From: Acidimicrobiales bacterium
GTDB lineage: Bacteria; Actinomycetota; Acidimicrobiia; Acidimicrobiales; Aldehydirespiratoraceae
DNA length: 64,000 nucleotides
Direction: 5' to 3'
NCBI GenBank assembly: GCA_965116965.1
Contig: OZ220743.1
Span: 3,887,262-3,951,261 of the forward strand
Part shown: positions 1 to 10,260 of the stretch, piece by piece
How the letters are laid out: every line of letters starts with the position of its first letter
Position numbering within the stretch: the stretch's first letter is position 1
Translations under genes and position numbers: made by a program
The notes under the pieces: model-generated
The model's database searches: none
The model's input: the letters and a program-made list of their open reading frames with translations, nothing else
What the model was told of the DNA's origin: nothing

Positions 1-88
1 GAGGCGTGGTGACCCGGCGGCTCTCGCCCGTTCTTGGAACTGGCAGCACGACGCACGCATACCGTGCAGGACGCTGCCAATTCGGGAG

Positions 89-3000
89 TTACGAGCGCCA
101 GTGGTCGGCTAGGTCACCGATGGGGGCGGTGAGCAGGTCGACCACCGCGATGTCAGCCAGACGGTCCTCGTCGAAGGCGGGCTCGGTCTCGGTGACCGCG
201 TCGCGCAACTCCGAGTAGCGATTGCGGTAACCCTGCAGGACGCTTCGGGCCACCGGAGCCGGAAGGGAATCCTCGAAGCGGACGTGCAGCAGGGTGATGC
301 CCACGGTGGCGCCCGCAACCACCTCCGGAACGAACACGACCGTGCGCCCATCGTGGCGGCCCCGAGCGGCCAGCACCCGGCGCTCCCCCGCCACCCGGCG
401 CTTGCTGCCGGTCAGTGAAGGGACAGACGCCGTACGCGAGGTGATCTGGGTCGCGGCGCCGCCCTGGTCGACGACGGCAATCTGATCCATCCCGTCCAGC
501 CGGTAGCGGGTGTGGCCCAGCACCTCGGCCACCGCACCGCTGAGATCGGCCAGCGCCCGGATGGTGGAGTAGGACAGGCTGTCCCTGGGCGCGCCTGCGG
601 CCAGCACGGCCCGGATGAGCGGCGCTTCCAGCAGCGTCTGGTCCGAGCGGGAGATGCCGACGGTGACGGTCTTGGCCTGATGGCGGATGGCGTCGACCGG
701 GCGGGTCAACTCATCGATCCCGACGGTCAGCGCGGCTTCGAGGTCATCGATCACCGCGGAGGGAGTGCCGACCCGACCCAGCTCCAGTTCGTAGGTGTCG
801 AGTGGCGCCAGCCCGATGGCGTAGCGCATCAGCGTGACTATGCGCACTGCGGTGGACGCTTCCAGGTGCCCGTTGTAGTCGCCGCGCTTCAGACCGGCCG
901 AGAATGCGGCGCTGCTCTGCCGCAACTTGGGAAGGGCCAGGCTCAGAACCTCCTCGGCCGTGCTGTCCGGACGGGCTGCGGCGGCCTCGATGGCAGCGCG
1001 GGCCTCCCGCAGGGGCCGCGCTCCGGCGTCGATGGCCAGGGCGGCCTCATAGCCGAAGAGGTGGCCCACCATGGTGGCGGGCAGGAACGCCAGCCGAGGG
1101 TCGACCTTCGGCACCGGGAGCACGGCCGACGCGCCCTCGAACCGGGTGTCGCCGTCGTCGGCCACCACCACCGGGGCGGCCCGATGGGCGCCGAAGATGG
1201 CCACCTCCTTGGCCACGTCGTCGGCCACCGAGCCCGACAGGCCCGCCGCGCACACCAGCACCAGGGGCTCGGCCGACAGGTCGATGTGCTTCTTGTCCTC
1301 GGTCGCGTCGGCCGAGATCGACATGTAGCACAGTTCCGAGAGCTTGATGCGAACCTCACGGGCGGCCACCTGGTTGGACCCGTTGCCGACCACCGCCCAG
1401 TGGCGCCGGCCCGGGGCCAGACTGCGAGCCGCCTCGCCTATGGCAGCCCGCCGCTCCAGGACCGCCTCCAGCACGGAAGGCATGGCCCGAAGCGTCTCGA
1501 GGAGACTGCGCCGGCCTGCTTCACCCCGCGCACCGGTAACCTCGCCTGCGACGGCCACGGCCAGGAGGCAGCCCGCGGCCACCTGGGAATAGAACGCCTT
1601 GGTGGAGGCGACGCTCATCTCCACGTCGCGGCCGTCGGAGGTGTAGAGCACGCCGTCGGCCCGGTCGGTCAGGTCGCTGTTGCGGCGGTTTACGACGGCT
1701 ATCACCGACCCTCCTCTGGCCCTCACCAGGTCGACGGTGCGGTTGGTGTCGGTGGTGGTGCCCGACTGCGAGATCGCGACCACCAGCGTGTCGGACATGT
1801 CATCGGCCAGATGAAACGCCGACAGCTCCGTGGCGAGCAACGCGCTCACGTCGAGGGTGGCGGCGCTTCCGGCGTCAGCCAGCAGAGTCCGGAGGCATCG
1901 GGCGAAGCTCTCGCCCGCGACCGCCGCCGTCCCCTGGCCGATGGCGACCACCTTGGACACCGACCCGTCCCGCAGACCGGATCGGACCGCCTCGGGCAGT
2001 GTCTCCGGGCCGAGCGAGGAGCTGGGGCCGTCCGGGGTGTCGATGATCCTGCCCCTCAGCGTCTTGCGGAACGACGCCGGAGCCTCACCGATCTCCTTGA
2101 GCAGGTAATGACGATGATCACCGCGGTCGATGTCGCGGGTGGTGATGGACGCAGTCGACACCTCGCCGGGCGCCACCGGAAGCGGAGTTCCGTCGTAGGA
2201 ACGGCGGGACAGACCGTCGATCAGGCCGGCCCGGCTGCCGTCGATCTCCACGATCTGCCCGCGGCCCGTATCGGGATTGCCGCCGGCGGCGACGGCCTCG
2301 CCGTCCATGCGGAGATACTCCGACGTCTCCTCCACCACCCCGTAGGGCTCGCTGGCCACGATGAAGGCGTCATCGGCCAGACCGACGTACAGGGCCTGGC
2401 CGCTGCCTCGCAGCGCGAGCTGCAGACGATCGGGCGAGGCCGCGGTGCAGACGGCCACGGCCACCGACCCCTCGCACTCCGCCACTGTGCGCCGGAACGC
2501 CTCGCCCGCCGCCACACCCTCGGCCAGGCGGCGGCCCATCAGAGCGGGCACGGTCTTGGAGTCGGTGGTGATCGCGGGCGGCACCCGGACACCGGCCGCG
2601 TCGAACAGCTCGGCGTAGTTGTCCACGTCCCCGTTGATGGCCCCGATCACGTAAGGGACGTCCTCGCCGAGCAACTCGCTGTTGAGCGGATGGGCGTTCG
2701 CCTCCGAGATGATGCCGATAGAGGCCCAGCGGGTGTGGGCCAGCACGAGCACGCGGGCATCGCTGGAGGCCAGCGCGGCGGCCAGCAGCTGGTCGGAGGC
2801 CACTGCGGCTCGCAGGGTCGCGGTGTTGCCGCCCAGCTCGCCGATCTCGGCCGCGGTCTTGTGGACGATGCTGAGCACGTCGCCAACGAGGCGCACCGAA
2901 CCCGAGCCGAACGACGAATCCTGGCCGCGGCGCTCCAAGGCCGCGGCCACAACGGGATCGTGGCGGTCGAGTCCGTGGCCGCTGACCAGGAGGTGCAGCC

Positions 3001-3550
3001 CAGCCGAGTCGCGCCCGCGCACTTCGAGCCGGTCCAGCGCCGACAGCGCCTGGTGGATCGACAGGAACGCCTCGACCGCAGCCGGAGCCGGGCTCGCAGT
3101 CAGCTGTGCTCTCGCGAGCAGCTTCGATACTGAGTGCGAGGCTCCCAGCCGATCCCGTCCGAGAGCCCACAGGCCGTCACGGACTCGCACCAGCTGCTCG
3201 TTGAGGTGCTCCAGCTCGGCGGTATCGAGCGACGTGTCGACGTCGAGCCGCGCCTCCAGGGCGGTCACCGAAGCGGCGGCGGAGTCGATGAGGTCCCCGA
3301 GAGTGCCGGCCACCTCCGGCGACTCGAGCAGGAGACGCAGGCCGGGCACACCGCCCAACAGCTGGTTGGCCGCATGCAGCCGCTCGGCCGCGGGTCCCAA
3401 CTGCTGGGCCAGGTCCACCAGACGCCCCCCGGCCACGGCGACGCCGTCCGACAGGGCGGTGGCGGCCGCCTCGACCATGCCGGTCACGTCGGCGGCGCTG
3501 GGGACCGGCCGCGTCGACGGGCGGCGCACGATGGCAACTATCCCGCACAT
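89..3550 (-). CDS. GlmS-like glutamine--fructose-6-phosphate aminotransferase, atypically long (1153 aa)
   Basis: Ntn Cys start MCGIV. Class-II GATase motifs are present: RGRDSAG, HTRWAS, INGDVDNY, TTDSK. Two SIS domains (SQSGTTTDT; second SIS with EDKKH). GlmS C-tail-like motif HQAKTVTVG is followed by about 170 extra aa. About 150 aa are inserted after the first strand. Lies 58 nt downstream of glmM. Confidence 0.75.
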   Translation of the reverse strand: MCGIVAIVRRPSTRPVPSAADVTGMVEAAATALSDGVAVAGGRLVDLAQQLGPAAERLHAANQLLGGVPGLRLLLESPEVAGTLGDLIDSAAASVTALEARLDVDTSLDTAELEHLNEQLVRVRDGLWALGRDRLGASHSVSKLLARAQLTASPAPAAVEAFLSIHQALSALDRLEVRGRDSAGLHLLVSGHGLDRHDPVVAAALERRGQDSSFGSGSVRLVGDVLSIVHKTAAEIGELGGNTATLRAAVASDQLLAAALASSDARVLVLAHTRWASIGIISEANAHPLNSELLGEDVPYVIGAINGDVDNYAELFDAAGVRVPPAITTDSKTVPALMGRRLAEGVAAGEAFRRTVAECEGSVAVAVCTAASPDRLQLALRGSGQALYVGLADDAFIVASEPYGVVEETSEYLRMDGEAVAAGGNPDTGRGQIVEIDGSRAGLIDGLSRRSYDGTPLPVAPGEVSTASITTRDIDRGDHRHYLLKEIGEAPASFRKTLRGRIIDTPDGPSSSLGPETLPEAVRSGLRDGSVSKVVAIGQGTAAVAGESFARCLRTLLADAGSAATLDVSALLATELSAFHLADDMSDTLVVAISQSGTTTDTNRTVDLVRARGGSVIAVVNRRNSDLTDRADGVLYTSDGRDVEMSVASTKAFYSQVAAGCLLAVAVAGEVTGARGEAGRRSLLETLRAMPSVLEAVLERRAAIGEAARSLAPGRRHWAVVGNGSNQVAAREVRIKLSELCYMSISADATEDKKHIDLSAEPLVLVCAAGLSGSVADDVAKEVAIFGAHRAAPVVVADDGDTRFEGASAVLPVPKVDPRLAFLPATMVGHLFGYEAALAIDAGARPLREARAAIEAAAARPDSTAEEVLSLALPKLRQSSAAFSAGLKRGDYNGHLEASTAVRIVTLMRYAIGLAPLDTYELELGRVGTPSAVIDDLEAALTVGIDELTRPVDAIRHQAKTVTVGISRSDQTLLEAPLIRAVLAAGAPRDSLSYSTIRALADLSGAVAEVLGHTRYRLDGMDQIAVVDQGGAATQITSRTASVPSLTGSKRRVAGERRVLAARGRHDGRTVVFVPEVVAGATVGITLLHVRFEDSLPAPVARSVLQGYRNRYSELRDAVTETEPAFDEDRLADIAVVDLLTAPIGDLADHWRS

Positions 3551-3608
3551 GTCTGATCAGCGCTCCGGCACGAACTTCATGCGATCTTCCACCTCTGAGA
3601 AGTTCGCC

Positions 3609-4982
3609 CTACGGGCATGACAACACTTCTGCGACGTCGGCGGCGAGCTGGTCGGCCTCGGCCTGCGCCGTCCCGGGGTCCATGGCCTCCACCATCACCC
3701 GGATCAGCGGCTCGGTGCCCGATCGGCGCACCAGCGCGCGTCCCGAGTCGCCGAGACGGGCAGCGGCCGCGGCCGCGATGGCCCCGAGCGCCGTGTCAAG
3801 ATCGGCCGATCGCGCCGAAGAGGGCATGGGCACGCCCACGAGCACCTGGGGAACGCGGGTCATGGTCCTCGCGGCCAGGCTCCGCAGGCTGACGCCGGAT
3901 CGCTTGAGGGTGTCCAGCAGTTGCACGGCGGTCAGCAGACCGTCTCCGGTGGTGGCCAGGTCGCGGAATATCAGGTGCCCGGACTGCTCGCCGCCCAGCA
4001 TCAGGCCCCGGTCTTCCAAGGCGCCGAGGACATGGCGGTCGCCCACCGGCGTCTCGACCACGCCGATGCCGTGGGCGGCCATGGCCCGACGCAAGCCCAG
4101 GTTGGCCATCACCGTGACCACCACGGCATCGCCGGTGAGCCGCCTGCGCCCGGCCCGGTCGACCGCGCAGATCGCGAGGATCTGGTCGCCATCGACCAAG
4201 GTCCCGCCACCGTCGACGGCCAGGACCCGATCGGCGTCCCCGTCGAAGGCCACTCCGGCATCAGCTCCTGACGAGACCACCGCGGCCTGAAGGCTCTCGG
4301 GATGCATCGAACCGCAGCCATCGTTGATGTTGTAGCCGTCGGGCGAGGCGTGGATCGTGTCCACCGCGGCGCCCAGGCCGCGCAGGCACTCCGGTCCGGG
4401 CATGGACCCAGCGCCGTTGGCGGCGTCGACCACGACGTGCAGCCCGTCCAGGTCACGCCCTTCGAGGCTGGCGGTCACCGCCTCAAGGTGGCGCCGGCGG
4501 GCCAGTTCGCCGGCATCGGTTGCTCCGGCGGCACCGGCCCCGGCCTCAGCCTCGGCCTCGGCCTCTACGCCGGCAGCCGCCCCGACACCGGCCGCCGTCC
4601 CGGAGAGGCGTCGCTCGATGTCGGTCTGGGCCTCATCGCTGAGCTTTCGGCCTCCGGGGCCGAACAGTTTCACCCCGTTGTCGTGCCACCGGTTGTGCGA
4701 TGCCGAGACCATGGCGCCGGCGACCTGCTCGTCGTCGCACCAACGGGCCACTACGGGGGTCGGCACGACGCCCAGATCGACAGGATTGCCTCCGGCGCGC
4801 CGCACACCCCGGCACAGGGCCTCCACAAGACTCGGGCCTGATGCTCTGGGATCGCGCCCAACCGCCAGCCGCTCTGCTCCGAGCACCTCGGCCGCAGTGC
4901 TTCCAAGCGCCTCGACGAACTCCGGAGTCAGCTCGCGGCGGGCGTCGCCCCGCACGCCGTCCGTGCCGAACCGCAAAGTCAC
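3609..4982 (-). CDS. glmM: Phosphoglucosamine mutase
   Basis: 457 aa. FGTDGVRG N-terminus and active-site SASHN motif. Conserved rplM-rpsI-glmM context. Confidence 0.93.
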   Translation of the reverse strand: MTLRFGTDGVRGDARRELTPEFVEALGSTAAEVLGAERLAVGRDPRASGPSLVEALCRGVRRAGGNPVDLGVVPTPVVARWCDDEQVAGAMVSASHNRWHDNGVKLFGPGGRKLSDEAQTDIERRLSGTAAGVGAAAGVEAEAEAEAGAGAAGATDAGELARRRHLEAVTASLEGRDLDGLHVVVDAANGAGSMPGPECLRGLGAAVDTIHASPDGYNINDGCGSMHPESLQAAVVSSGADAGVAFDGDADRVLAVDGGGTLVDGDQILAICAVDRAGRRRLTGDAVVVTVMANLGLRRAMAAHGIGVVETPVGDRHVLGALEDRGLMLGGEQSGHLIFRDLATTGDGLLTAVQLLDTLKRSGVSLRSLAARTMTRVPQVLVGVPMPSSARSADLDTALGAIAAAAAARLGDSGRALVRRSGTEPLIRVMVEAMDPGTAQAEADQLAADVAEVLSCP

Positions 4983-5129
4983 GCTGTCACCGGCCCCTTG
5001 AGACCTCAGCCGGCCCCGGGAGCCGAGCGGATGGACCGCGGCTTCTTGAAGATCTCGCGCCGCCAGCGGGCAAGCACGTCCGCGGCTTCCTTGATCGGGC
5101 CCGGGGGCACTCCCTGCCAGACCCGGCCG

Positions 5130-5522
5130 TCAGCGCTTGCTGTACTGCGGTGCCTTGCGCGCCTTCTTGAGGCCGTACTTCTTCGCTTCCTTCTTGCGCG
5201 GGTCGCGAGTGAGGTACCCGCCCTTCTTGAGCGTGTCGCGCAACTCGGGCTCCACCTCGACGAGCCCTCGAGAGATGCCCAGTCGGAGCGCACCGGCCTG
5301 ACCGCTGGATCCGCCGCCGTGGATGGTGGCCTCCACGTCGTAGCGGCCCTCGGTGGCGGTGACCGTCATGGGCTCGAGTATGTGCATCTGATGGGCGCGC
5401 GACGGGAAGTACTCCTCCACGGCGCGGCCGTTGATCGTGATGGTCCCGGCCCCCGTCCGGAGCCGGACCCGGGCCACCGATCGCTTGCGGCGTCCGGTTG
5501 CCTGCACGAGCGGAGCACTCAT
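5130..5522 (-). CDS. rpsI: 30S ribosomal protein S9
   Basis: 130 aa. [19 protein letters not shown] motif and C-terminal [12 protein letters not shown]. Confidence 0.97.
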   Translation of the reverse strand: MSAPLVQATGRRKRSVARVRLRTGAGTITINGRAVEEYFPSRAHQMHILEPMTVTATEGRYDVEATIHGGGSSGQAGALRLGISRGLVEVEPELRDTLKKGGYLTRDPRKKEAKKYGLKKARKAPQYSKR

Positions 5523-5553
5523 CGTGACATCACCTCGATCGTTGGAAGGCGCC

Positions 5554-6000
5554 TCATCGGGCTCTGGCGTGCTCGATGGTGTAGGGCTGGGGCTTCTGGG
5601 CGGTGTGGGGATGGGTGGGACCGGCGTAGACCTTGAGCTTGCGGATCTGGGCCCGTCCCAGCCTCGTCTTGGGCAGCATGCCCCGGATCGTGTCCCGCAC
5701 GGCCTCGTCGGGGCGGCGGGCCAGCTTGGAGCCGTAGGTCTCGGTGCGCAGGCCGCCGGGGTAGCCGGAGTGGCGGTAGACCAGCTTCGAGTCGGCCTTG
5801 CCCGCGGTGAGCACGACCTTGTCGGCGTTGACGATCACCACATGGTCGCCGGTGTCGATGTGGGGGGCGAAAATGGGCTTGTGCTTGCCCCGTAGCAGCG
5901 TCGCCACCTCGGTGGCGAGCCGTCCGAGGACCATCCCCTCAGCGTCGACGAGGTGCCAGCTGCGCTCGATCTCAGAGGCTTTGGGGCTGTAGGTCGCCAC
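5554..6000 (-). CDS. rplM: 50S ribosomal protein L13
   Basis: 148 aa. [15 protein letters not shown] and YRHSGYPGG motifs. Directly upstream of rpsI. Confidence 0.97.
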   Translation of the reverse strand: MATYSPKASEIERSWHLVDAEGMVLGRLATEVATLLRGKHKPIFAPHIDTGDHVVIVNADKVVLTAGKADSKLVYRHSGYPGGLRTETYGSKLARRPDEAVRDTIRGMLPKTRLGRAQIRKLKVYAGPTHPHTAQKPQPYTIEHARAR

Positions 6001-6116
6001 GTTCGCTCCCGTCGGTTAGTCGTTCGGCTGAGGCCCGATCCGCCGGTCCGGGCCGTCGCACAGACCGGCCTCTCAGGCTAGGGCTGAGCTCGCCGAACGA
6101 CAATCTGATGCCCGCC

Positions 6117-6917
6117 CTAAGCGGGCGCCAACCCCTCTGTGCTCCGGTCGTAGAGGGCGGCCCAGAGCACCAGGCCGTGGGGCGGGGCGGGAGAGGGCGC
6201 CGCGCTGCGGTCGCGGGCTGCGATGATCGCGCCCACGTCGGAGGGCTTGTGGCGACCCAGGCCCACCGACGCCAGCAGCGCCACCAGCGAGCGCACCATC
6301 TGGTGGCAGAACGAACTGGCCTCGATCTCGAACACCGCGACGTCGCCCTCGAGCCACCACACGGCTCGTCGCACGGTGCGCACCATCGACTGGTCGGGAT
6401 GCGAGGGATTGCGGCGGCAGAAGGAGCTGAAGTCGTGATCGCCCAGCAGCCGGTCCGCGGCCGTGCGCATGGCACGCAGATCCAGCCGGTGCTCGACATG
6501 CCAGCACAGGCCGCCCGTCAGCGGATCGGGAACCGGGGAGTTGAGTATCCGGTACCGGTAGACCCGACCGGTGCAGGAGCGCCGAGCGTCGAAGTCGGCC
6601 GGCGCGACGCTGGCCCTCGACGCTGAGATGTAGGGGCCGCACATGCGGTTGATGGCTCGCACCAGACGGACCGGATCGGCCCGCTCCACGTCGGCGTCGA
6701 AGGAGACCACCTGGGCCCGCGCATGCACGCCACGGTCGGTGCGCCCCGCGCAGACGAGGTCGACGGAATGGCCCAGCACGTTGCTGAGGGCGCCGATGAG
6801 GGCCCCGGCAACCGTGGGCACCCCCTCGTTGCGGGCGAACCCGTGATAGTGCGAGCCGTCGTACGCCACGGTCATCCGCATGCGGACGACCCCGACGGGA
6901 CTATCGCCTCCGGACAA
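6117..6917 (-). CDS. truA: tRNA pseudouridine(38-40) synthase
   Basis: 266 aa. YDGSHYHGF and CAGRTDRGVHA (catalytic Asp) motifs. Follows rplQ as usual. Start could instead be the MRMTV Met at 6881. Confidence 0.9.
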   Translation of the reverse strand: MSGGDSPVGVVRMRMTVAYDGSHYHGFARNEGVPTVAGALIGALSNVLGHSVDLVCAGRTDRGVHARAQVVSFDADVERADPVRLVRAINRMCGPYISASRASVAPADFDARRSCTGRVYRYRILNSPVPDPLTGGLCWHVEHRLDLRAMRTAADRLLGDHDFSSFCRRNPSHPDQSMVRTVRRAVWWLEGDVAVFEIEASSFCHQMVRSLVALLASVGLGRHKPSDVGAIIAARDRSAAPSPAPPHGLVLWAALYDRSTEGLAPA

Positions 6918-6943
6918 TCAGAGGCTCCGTGCCGCTCGGTCTC

Positions 6944-7297
6944 TCAGACCAGTTCGATGCGCGCCATGGGAGCGTTGTCGCCGTGGCGTGGCCCGAGCTT
7001 GACGATGCGTGTGTAGCCGCCGGGGCGATCAACGTAACGGGGGCCGATCTCGTCGAAGAGCTTGGACGCCATCTCCCGGTCGCCCAGGAACTTCACCACC
7101 TGCCGATGGTTGTGAACGCCGCCCCGGCGAGCCTTGGTGATCATCTTCTCGGCTATGGGGCGCACCGCTTTGGCCTTGGCCTCGGTGGTGGTTATGCCCT
7201 CCGCCGCGATCAGCGACGCCACGAGGTTCGCCATCATCAGCTTCTGATGACGGCTGCTGCCCCCGAAGCGGCGGCCCTTGCGGGGACGGCCCGGCAC
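6944..7297 (-). CDS. rplQ: 50S ribosomal protein L17
   Basis: 117 aa. Typical L17 sequence (RHQKLMMANL...GGYTRIVKLGPR). Follows rpoA. Confidence 0.96.
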   Translation of the reverse strand: MPGRPRKGRRFGGSSRHQKLMMANLVASLIAAEGITTTEAKAKAVRPIAEKMITKARRGGVHNHRQVVKFLGDREMASKLFDEIGPRYVDRPGGYTRIVKLGPRHGDNAPMARIELV

Positions 7298-7368
7298 GTC
7301 AGCTCCCGCCGCCTCGCAGAGGCCGAGCGGATGTGCCGCGACCTGTGGACGGATCGGCGACGCGCACA

Positions 7369-7415
7369 GCGAGGCCGTGGCCCGAGCGGCCCGTGAGCGC
7401 AGCGAACAAGAGCGG
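7369..7415 (-). repeat. 47-nt dispersed repeat, copy A (inverted relative to copies B and C)
   Basis: The reverse complement of 7369..7415 is identical over 47 nt to 47089..47135 (CCGCTCTTGTTCGCTGCGCTCACGGGCCGCTCGGGCCACGGCCTCGC). Lies in the rpoA-rplQ spacer. Confidence 0.9.
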
Positions 7416-7444
7416 GAGTGACGCCGCTGCGACGCGACAGGCTC

Positions 7445-8392
7445 TCATCGGCCCGCGCCGCCTCGCAACGACAGGCCGCGCTCGTCGAGTTTGGCGACGA
7501 CCTCGTCGAGGCTCTTCTCGCCGAAGTTCGTGATGGCCAGCAAGTCGTCGGGGGTCTGTTCCAGCAGCTCGTTGAGCGTGTTGATCTGGGCCCGCTTGAG
7601 GCAGTTGCGGGGACGCTCGGTCAACTCGAGGTCGTCCACCATGAGTTCCGCCTCGGCGTCGGGCTGGGTCACCGACACGATCTCGCCCAACTCCAGACCC
7701 CGAGGCTCGTCGCTCATCTCCTCGATCATCTGGATGAGGCTGCGCAGCGTCGCGCCGGCAGAGGCCACCGCGTCGGTCGGGGAGATCGACCCGTCTGTCT
7801 CCACTTCGAGGACCAGCCGGTCGTAGTCGGTGGACTGTTCGACCCGGGTGGCCTCGACGTCGAAGGCGACACGCCGTACCGGGGAGTAGATCGAGTCGAC
7901 GGGAATCACGCCGATGGCTGCCGTCAGCTCCTTGTTCTCCTCGGCGGACACATAGCCGCGGCCCCGGGCCACGGTGATGTCGACCGCCAGCCGGCCTTTG
8001 TGGTTGAGCGTGGCGATCGGAGCCTCCGGGTTGAGGATCTCCACGTCGGGGTGGCGCTGGATGTCGCTCGCGGTGACGTCGGCCGGGCCGCGCATGTCGA
8101 GCCGCAGCGTGACCGGCTCCTCGCACAGCACCACCAGCACCAGGTCCTTGAGATTCAGGATGATGTCGGTGACATCCTCGGCCACGCCCGAGATGGTGGC
8201 GAACTCGTGCAACGCGCTGTCGAAGCGGACTTGGGTGACGGCTGCTCCCGGAATGGATGACAGCAGCGTGCGCCGCAACGAGTTGCCGAGCGTGTGGCCG
8301 AAGCCGGGCTCGAGGGGGCCGATCGCGAACTGCTGCCTATTGCCGTCGGCCAACTCGAGCACTTCGACGGTCGGGCGCTGCATTACAAGCAT
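7445..8392 (-). CDS. rpoA: DNA-directed RNA polymerase subunit alpha
   Basis: 315 aa. N-terminal FAIGPLEPGFGHTLGNSLRRTLLSSIPGAA and a C-terminal CTD (LELTERPRNCLKRAQINTL). Confidence 0.97.
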   Translation of the reverse strand: MLVMQRPTVEVLELADGNRQQFAIGPLEPGFGHTLGNSLRRTLLSSIPGAAVTQVRFDSALHEFATISGVAEDVTDIILNLKDLVLVVLCEEPVTLRLDMRGPADVTASDIQRHPDVEILNPEAPIATLNHKGRLAVDITVARGRGYVSAEENKELTAAIGVIPVDSIYSPVRRVAFDVEATRVEQSTDYDRLVLEVETDGSISPTDAVASAGATLRSLIQMIEEMSDEPRGLELGEIVSVTQPDAEAELMVDDLELTERPRNCLKRAQINTLNELLEQTPDDLLAITNFGEKSLDEVVAKLDERGLSLRGGAGR

Positions 8393-8464
8393 TGGGACTC
8401 CTCGACTCTCCTGCGTCAGTCAGGGTTCGGTGACTTGGAGTAGAACTCGGTTGACAAGAATTGG

Positions 8465-9082
8465 TTACTTGGAGTACAGCTCGACGATGAGCTGCTCACG
8501 GATCGGCACGTCGATCTGCTCCCGTATGGGCAGCTCGCGCACCGTGGCGCTGAAGTTGTCCTCGCCGCGGTCGATCCATGCGGGCGGGGTGCGGTCGAGC
8601 ACGTCGACGTTCCACTGGACGGTGGCCGAGTTGCGGATCTTGTCCCGCAGTTCGACGACATCGCCCTTGCGCAGCCGGTAGCTGGGAATGGTCACCCGGG
8701 AACCGTTCACGTTGAGGTGGCCGTGGTTGACCAGCTGGCGGGCCTGGGGACGGGTGGCGCCCCAGCCCATGCGGTAGACGAAGTTGTCGAGACGCAACTC
8801 CAGGAACCGCAGCATGTTCTCGCCGGTGACGCCCTGGCGGCGGCTGGCCTCGGCGAACAGGTTGCGGAACTGGCGCTCGGTCAACCCGTAGGTGTGACGG
8901 GCCTTCTGCTTCTCCTGCATCTGCACCAGGAACTCCGACGCGGTGCTGCGCCGCCGCGAGCGACCCCGATCGCCCGGCGGGTAGGGTCGCCGGTCGAGGG
9001 CGATGGCCTCTCCCTTGGTGCCCCAGATGTTGGTGTTGAGCCGGCGCGACACCCGCGCCTTGGGCCCCGTGTAGCGTGACAC
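8465..9082 (-). CDS. rpsD: 30S ribosomal protein S4
   Basis: 205 aa. MSRYTGPKARVSRRL start and an S4 RNA-binding domain. Confidence 0.97.
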   Translation of the reverse strand: MSRYTGPKARVSRRLNTNIWGTKGEAIALDRRPYPPGDRGRSRRRSTASEFLVQMQEKQKARHTYGLTERQFRNLFAEASRRQGVTGENMLRFLELRLDNFVYRMGWGATRPQARQLVNHGHLNVNGSRVTIPSYRLRKGDVVELRDKIRNSATVQWNVDVLDRTPPAWIDRGEDNFSATVRELPIREQIDVPIREQLIVELYSK

Positions 9083-9083
9083 T

Positions 9084-9482
9084 TCAGACCCTTCTGCGCT
9101 TGGGCTGTCGGCAGCCGTTGTGGGGCACTGGCGTGACGTCGGTGATGCCGGTCACGTCGATGCCGATGTTCTGGATCGACCGGATGGCGGTCTCGCGACC
9201 CGACCCGGGTCCCTTGACCTGCACGTCTACCTTGCGCAGGCCGTGCTCCATCGCCTTGCGAGCAGCCTGCTCGGCGGCCATCTGCGCCGCGAAGGGCGTG
9301 GACTTCCGCGAGCCCTTGAACCCGACGTTGCCCGCCGAGGCCCACGAGACAACGTTGCCCTGGAGGTCGGTGATGGTGATGATCGTGTTGTTGAACGAAC
9401 TCTTTATGTGAGCCACGCCGTGGGCCACGTTCTTGCGTTCGCGCTTGCGCGTGCGCCTCTTGTCCGACGATGGTTTCGCCAT
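9084..9482 (-). CDS. rpsK: 30S ribosomal protein S11
   Basis: 132 aa. [16 protein letters not shown] and [16 protein letters not shown]. Confidence 0.97.
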   Translation of the reverse strand: MAKPSSDKRRTRKRERKNVAHGVAHIKSSFNNTIITITDLQGNVVSWASAGNVGFKGSRKSTPFAAQMAAEQAARKAMEHGLRKVDVQVKGPGSGRETAIRSIQNIGIDVTGITDVTPVPHNGCRQPKRRRV

Positions 9483-9529
9483 AGCGCCAGTTGCCTACCT
9501 CTCGACCTTCCCTGCCTAGCCCCGCAGGC

Positions 9530-9907
9530 CTACTTCTTGACCTTCTTCTTGCCCGCCACGGTCCGCTTCGGGCCCTTGCGGGTGCGGGCATTCGTATGGG
9601 TCCGCTGACCCCGCACGGGAAGGCCGCGGCGGTGTCGCAGGCCCTGGTAGCAGCCGATCTCCATCTTCCGCTTGATGTCCTGGGACGTCTCGCGCCGCAG
9701 GTCGCCCTCCACCCGCAAGTTGCTGTCGATGAAGCCCCTGAGCCTCGCCACCTCATCGTCGGTGAGGTTGCGCACCCTGGTCTCGGGGTTGATCTCGGTG
9801 ACCGCGCAGATCTGCTGGGCGGTGCTCCGGCCGATACCGAAGATGTAGGTCAGTGAGATCTCCACCCGCTTCTCGCGGGGGATGTCGACGCCTGAGATAC
9901 GCGCCAT
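9530..9907 (-). CDS. rpsM: 30S ribosomal protein S13
   Basis: 125 aa. [26 protein letters not shown]. Confidence 0.97.
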   Translation of the reverse strand: MARISGVDIPREKRVEISLTYIFGIGRSTAQQICAVTEINPETRVRNLTDDEVARLRGFIDSNLRVEGDLRRETSQDIKRKMEIGCYQGLRHRRGLPVRGQRTHTNARTRKGPKRTVAGKKKVKK

Positions 9908-9908
9908 G

Positions 9909-10022
9909 TCAGCCCTGCCTCTGCTTGTGGCGAGCGTTGTCGCAGATCACCATGACGCGTCCGCGCCGGCGGATGACCTTGCAGCGGTCGCAGATCTTCT
10001 TGACGCTGGGTTGGACTTTCAT
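9909..10022 (-). CDS. rpmJ: 50S ribosomal protein L36
   Basis: Hand-translated 37-aa [40 protein letters not shown], too short for the ORF track. Sits between infA and rpsM. Confidence 0.92.
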   Translation of the reverse strand: MKVQPSVKKICDRCKVIRRRGRVMVICDNARHKQRQG

Positions 10023-10035
10023 CGGTGGTTGATGC

Positions 10036-10260
10036 TCACTTGTAACGATAGGTGATTCGGCCCCTCTGGAGGTCGTACGGCGTCACCTCGACCTGGACGC
10101 GATCCCCGGGGAGTATCCGGATGTAATGCATCCGCATCTTGCCCGAGATGTGGGCCAGCACGAAATGGCCGTTCTCGAGCTCCACGCGGAACATCGCGTT
10201 GGGAAGGGACTCCGTGACGGTCCCCTCCAATACGATCGCGTCCTCTTTCGGTTTCGGCAG
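10036..10260 (-). CDS. infA: Translation initiation factor IF-1
   Basis: Core sequence [44 protein letters not shown]...YRYK. The ORF-track start (TTG at 10230) would truncate the N-terminus. The in-frame extension [10 protein letters not shown] is preceded by GGAGG, with CTG at 10260..10258 as the likely start (74 aa). The start is uncertain. Confidence 0.88.
   Translation of the reverse strand: MPKPKEDAIVLEGTVTESLPNAMFRVELENGHFVLAHISGKMRMHYIRILPGDRVQVEVTPYDLQRGRITYRYK

Noticed and set aside
512-3133. 873-aa plus-strand ORF opposite the GlmS-like gene
   Set aside because: It is antisense to a gene with clear catalytic motifs. Its translation is Arg/Gly/Ala/His-rich low-complexity sequence typical of shadow ORFs in high-GC DNA, with no recognisable domain.
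3551-3608. Possible glmS ribozyme upstream of the GlmS-like gene
   Set aside because: Only 58 nt separate glmM and the GlmS-like start, which is too short for the ribozyme core. No matching conserved core sequence was recognised. The genes look translationally linked in an operon.
7299-8126. 275-aa minus-strand ORF overlapping rpoA in another frame
   Set aside because: It is an Arg/Pro/Gly-rich out-of-frame shadow of rpoA. Its 3' part merely reads through dispersed-repeat copy A.
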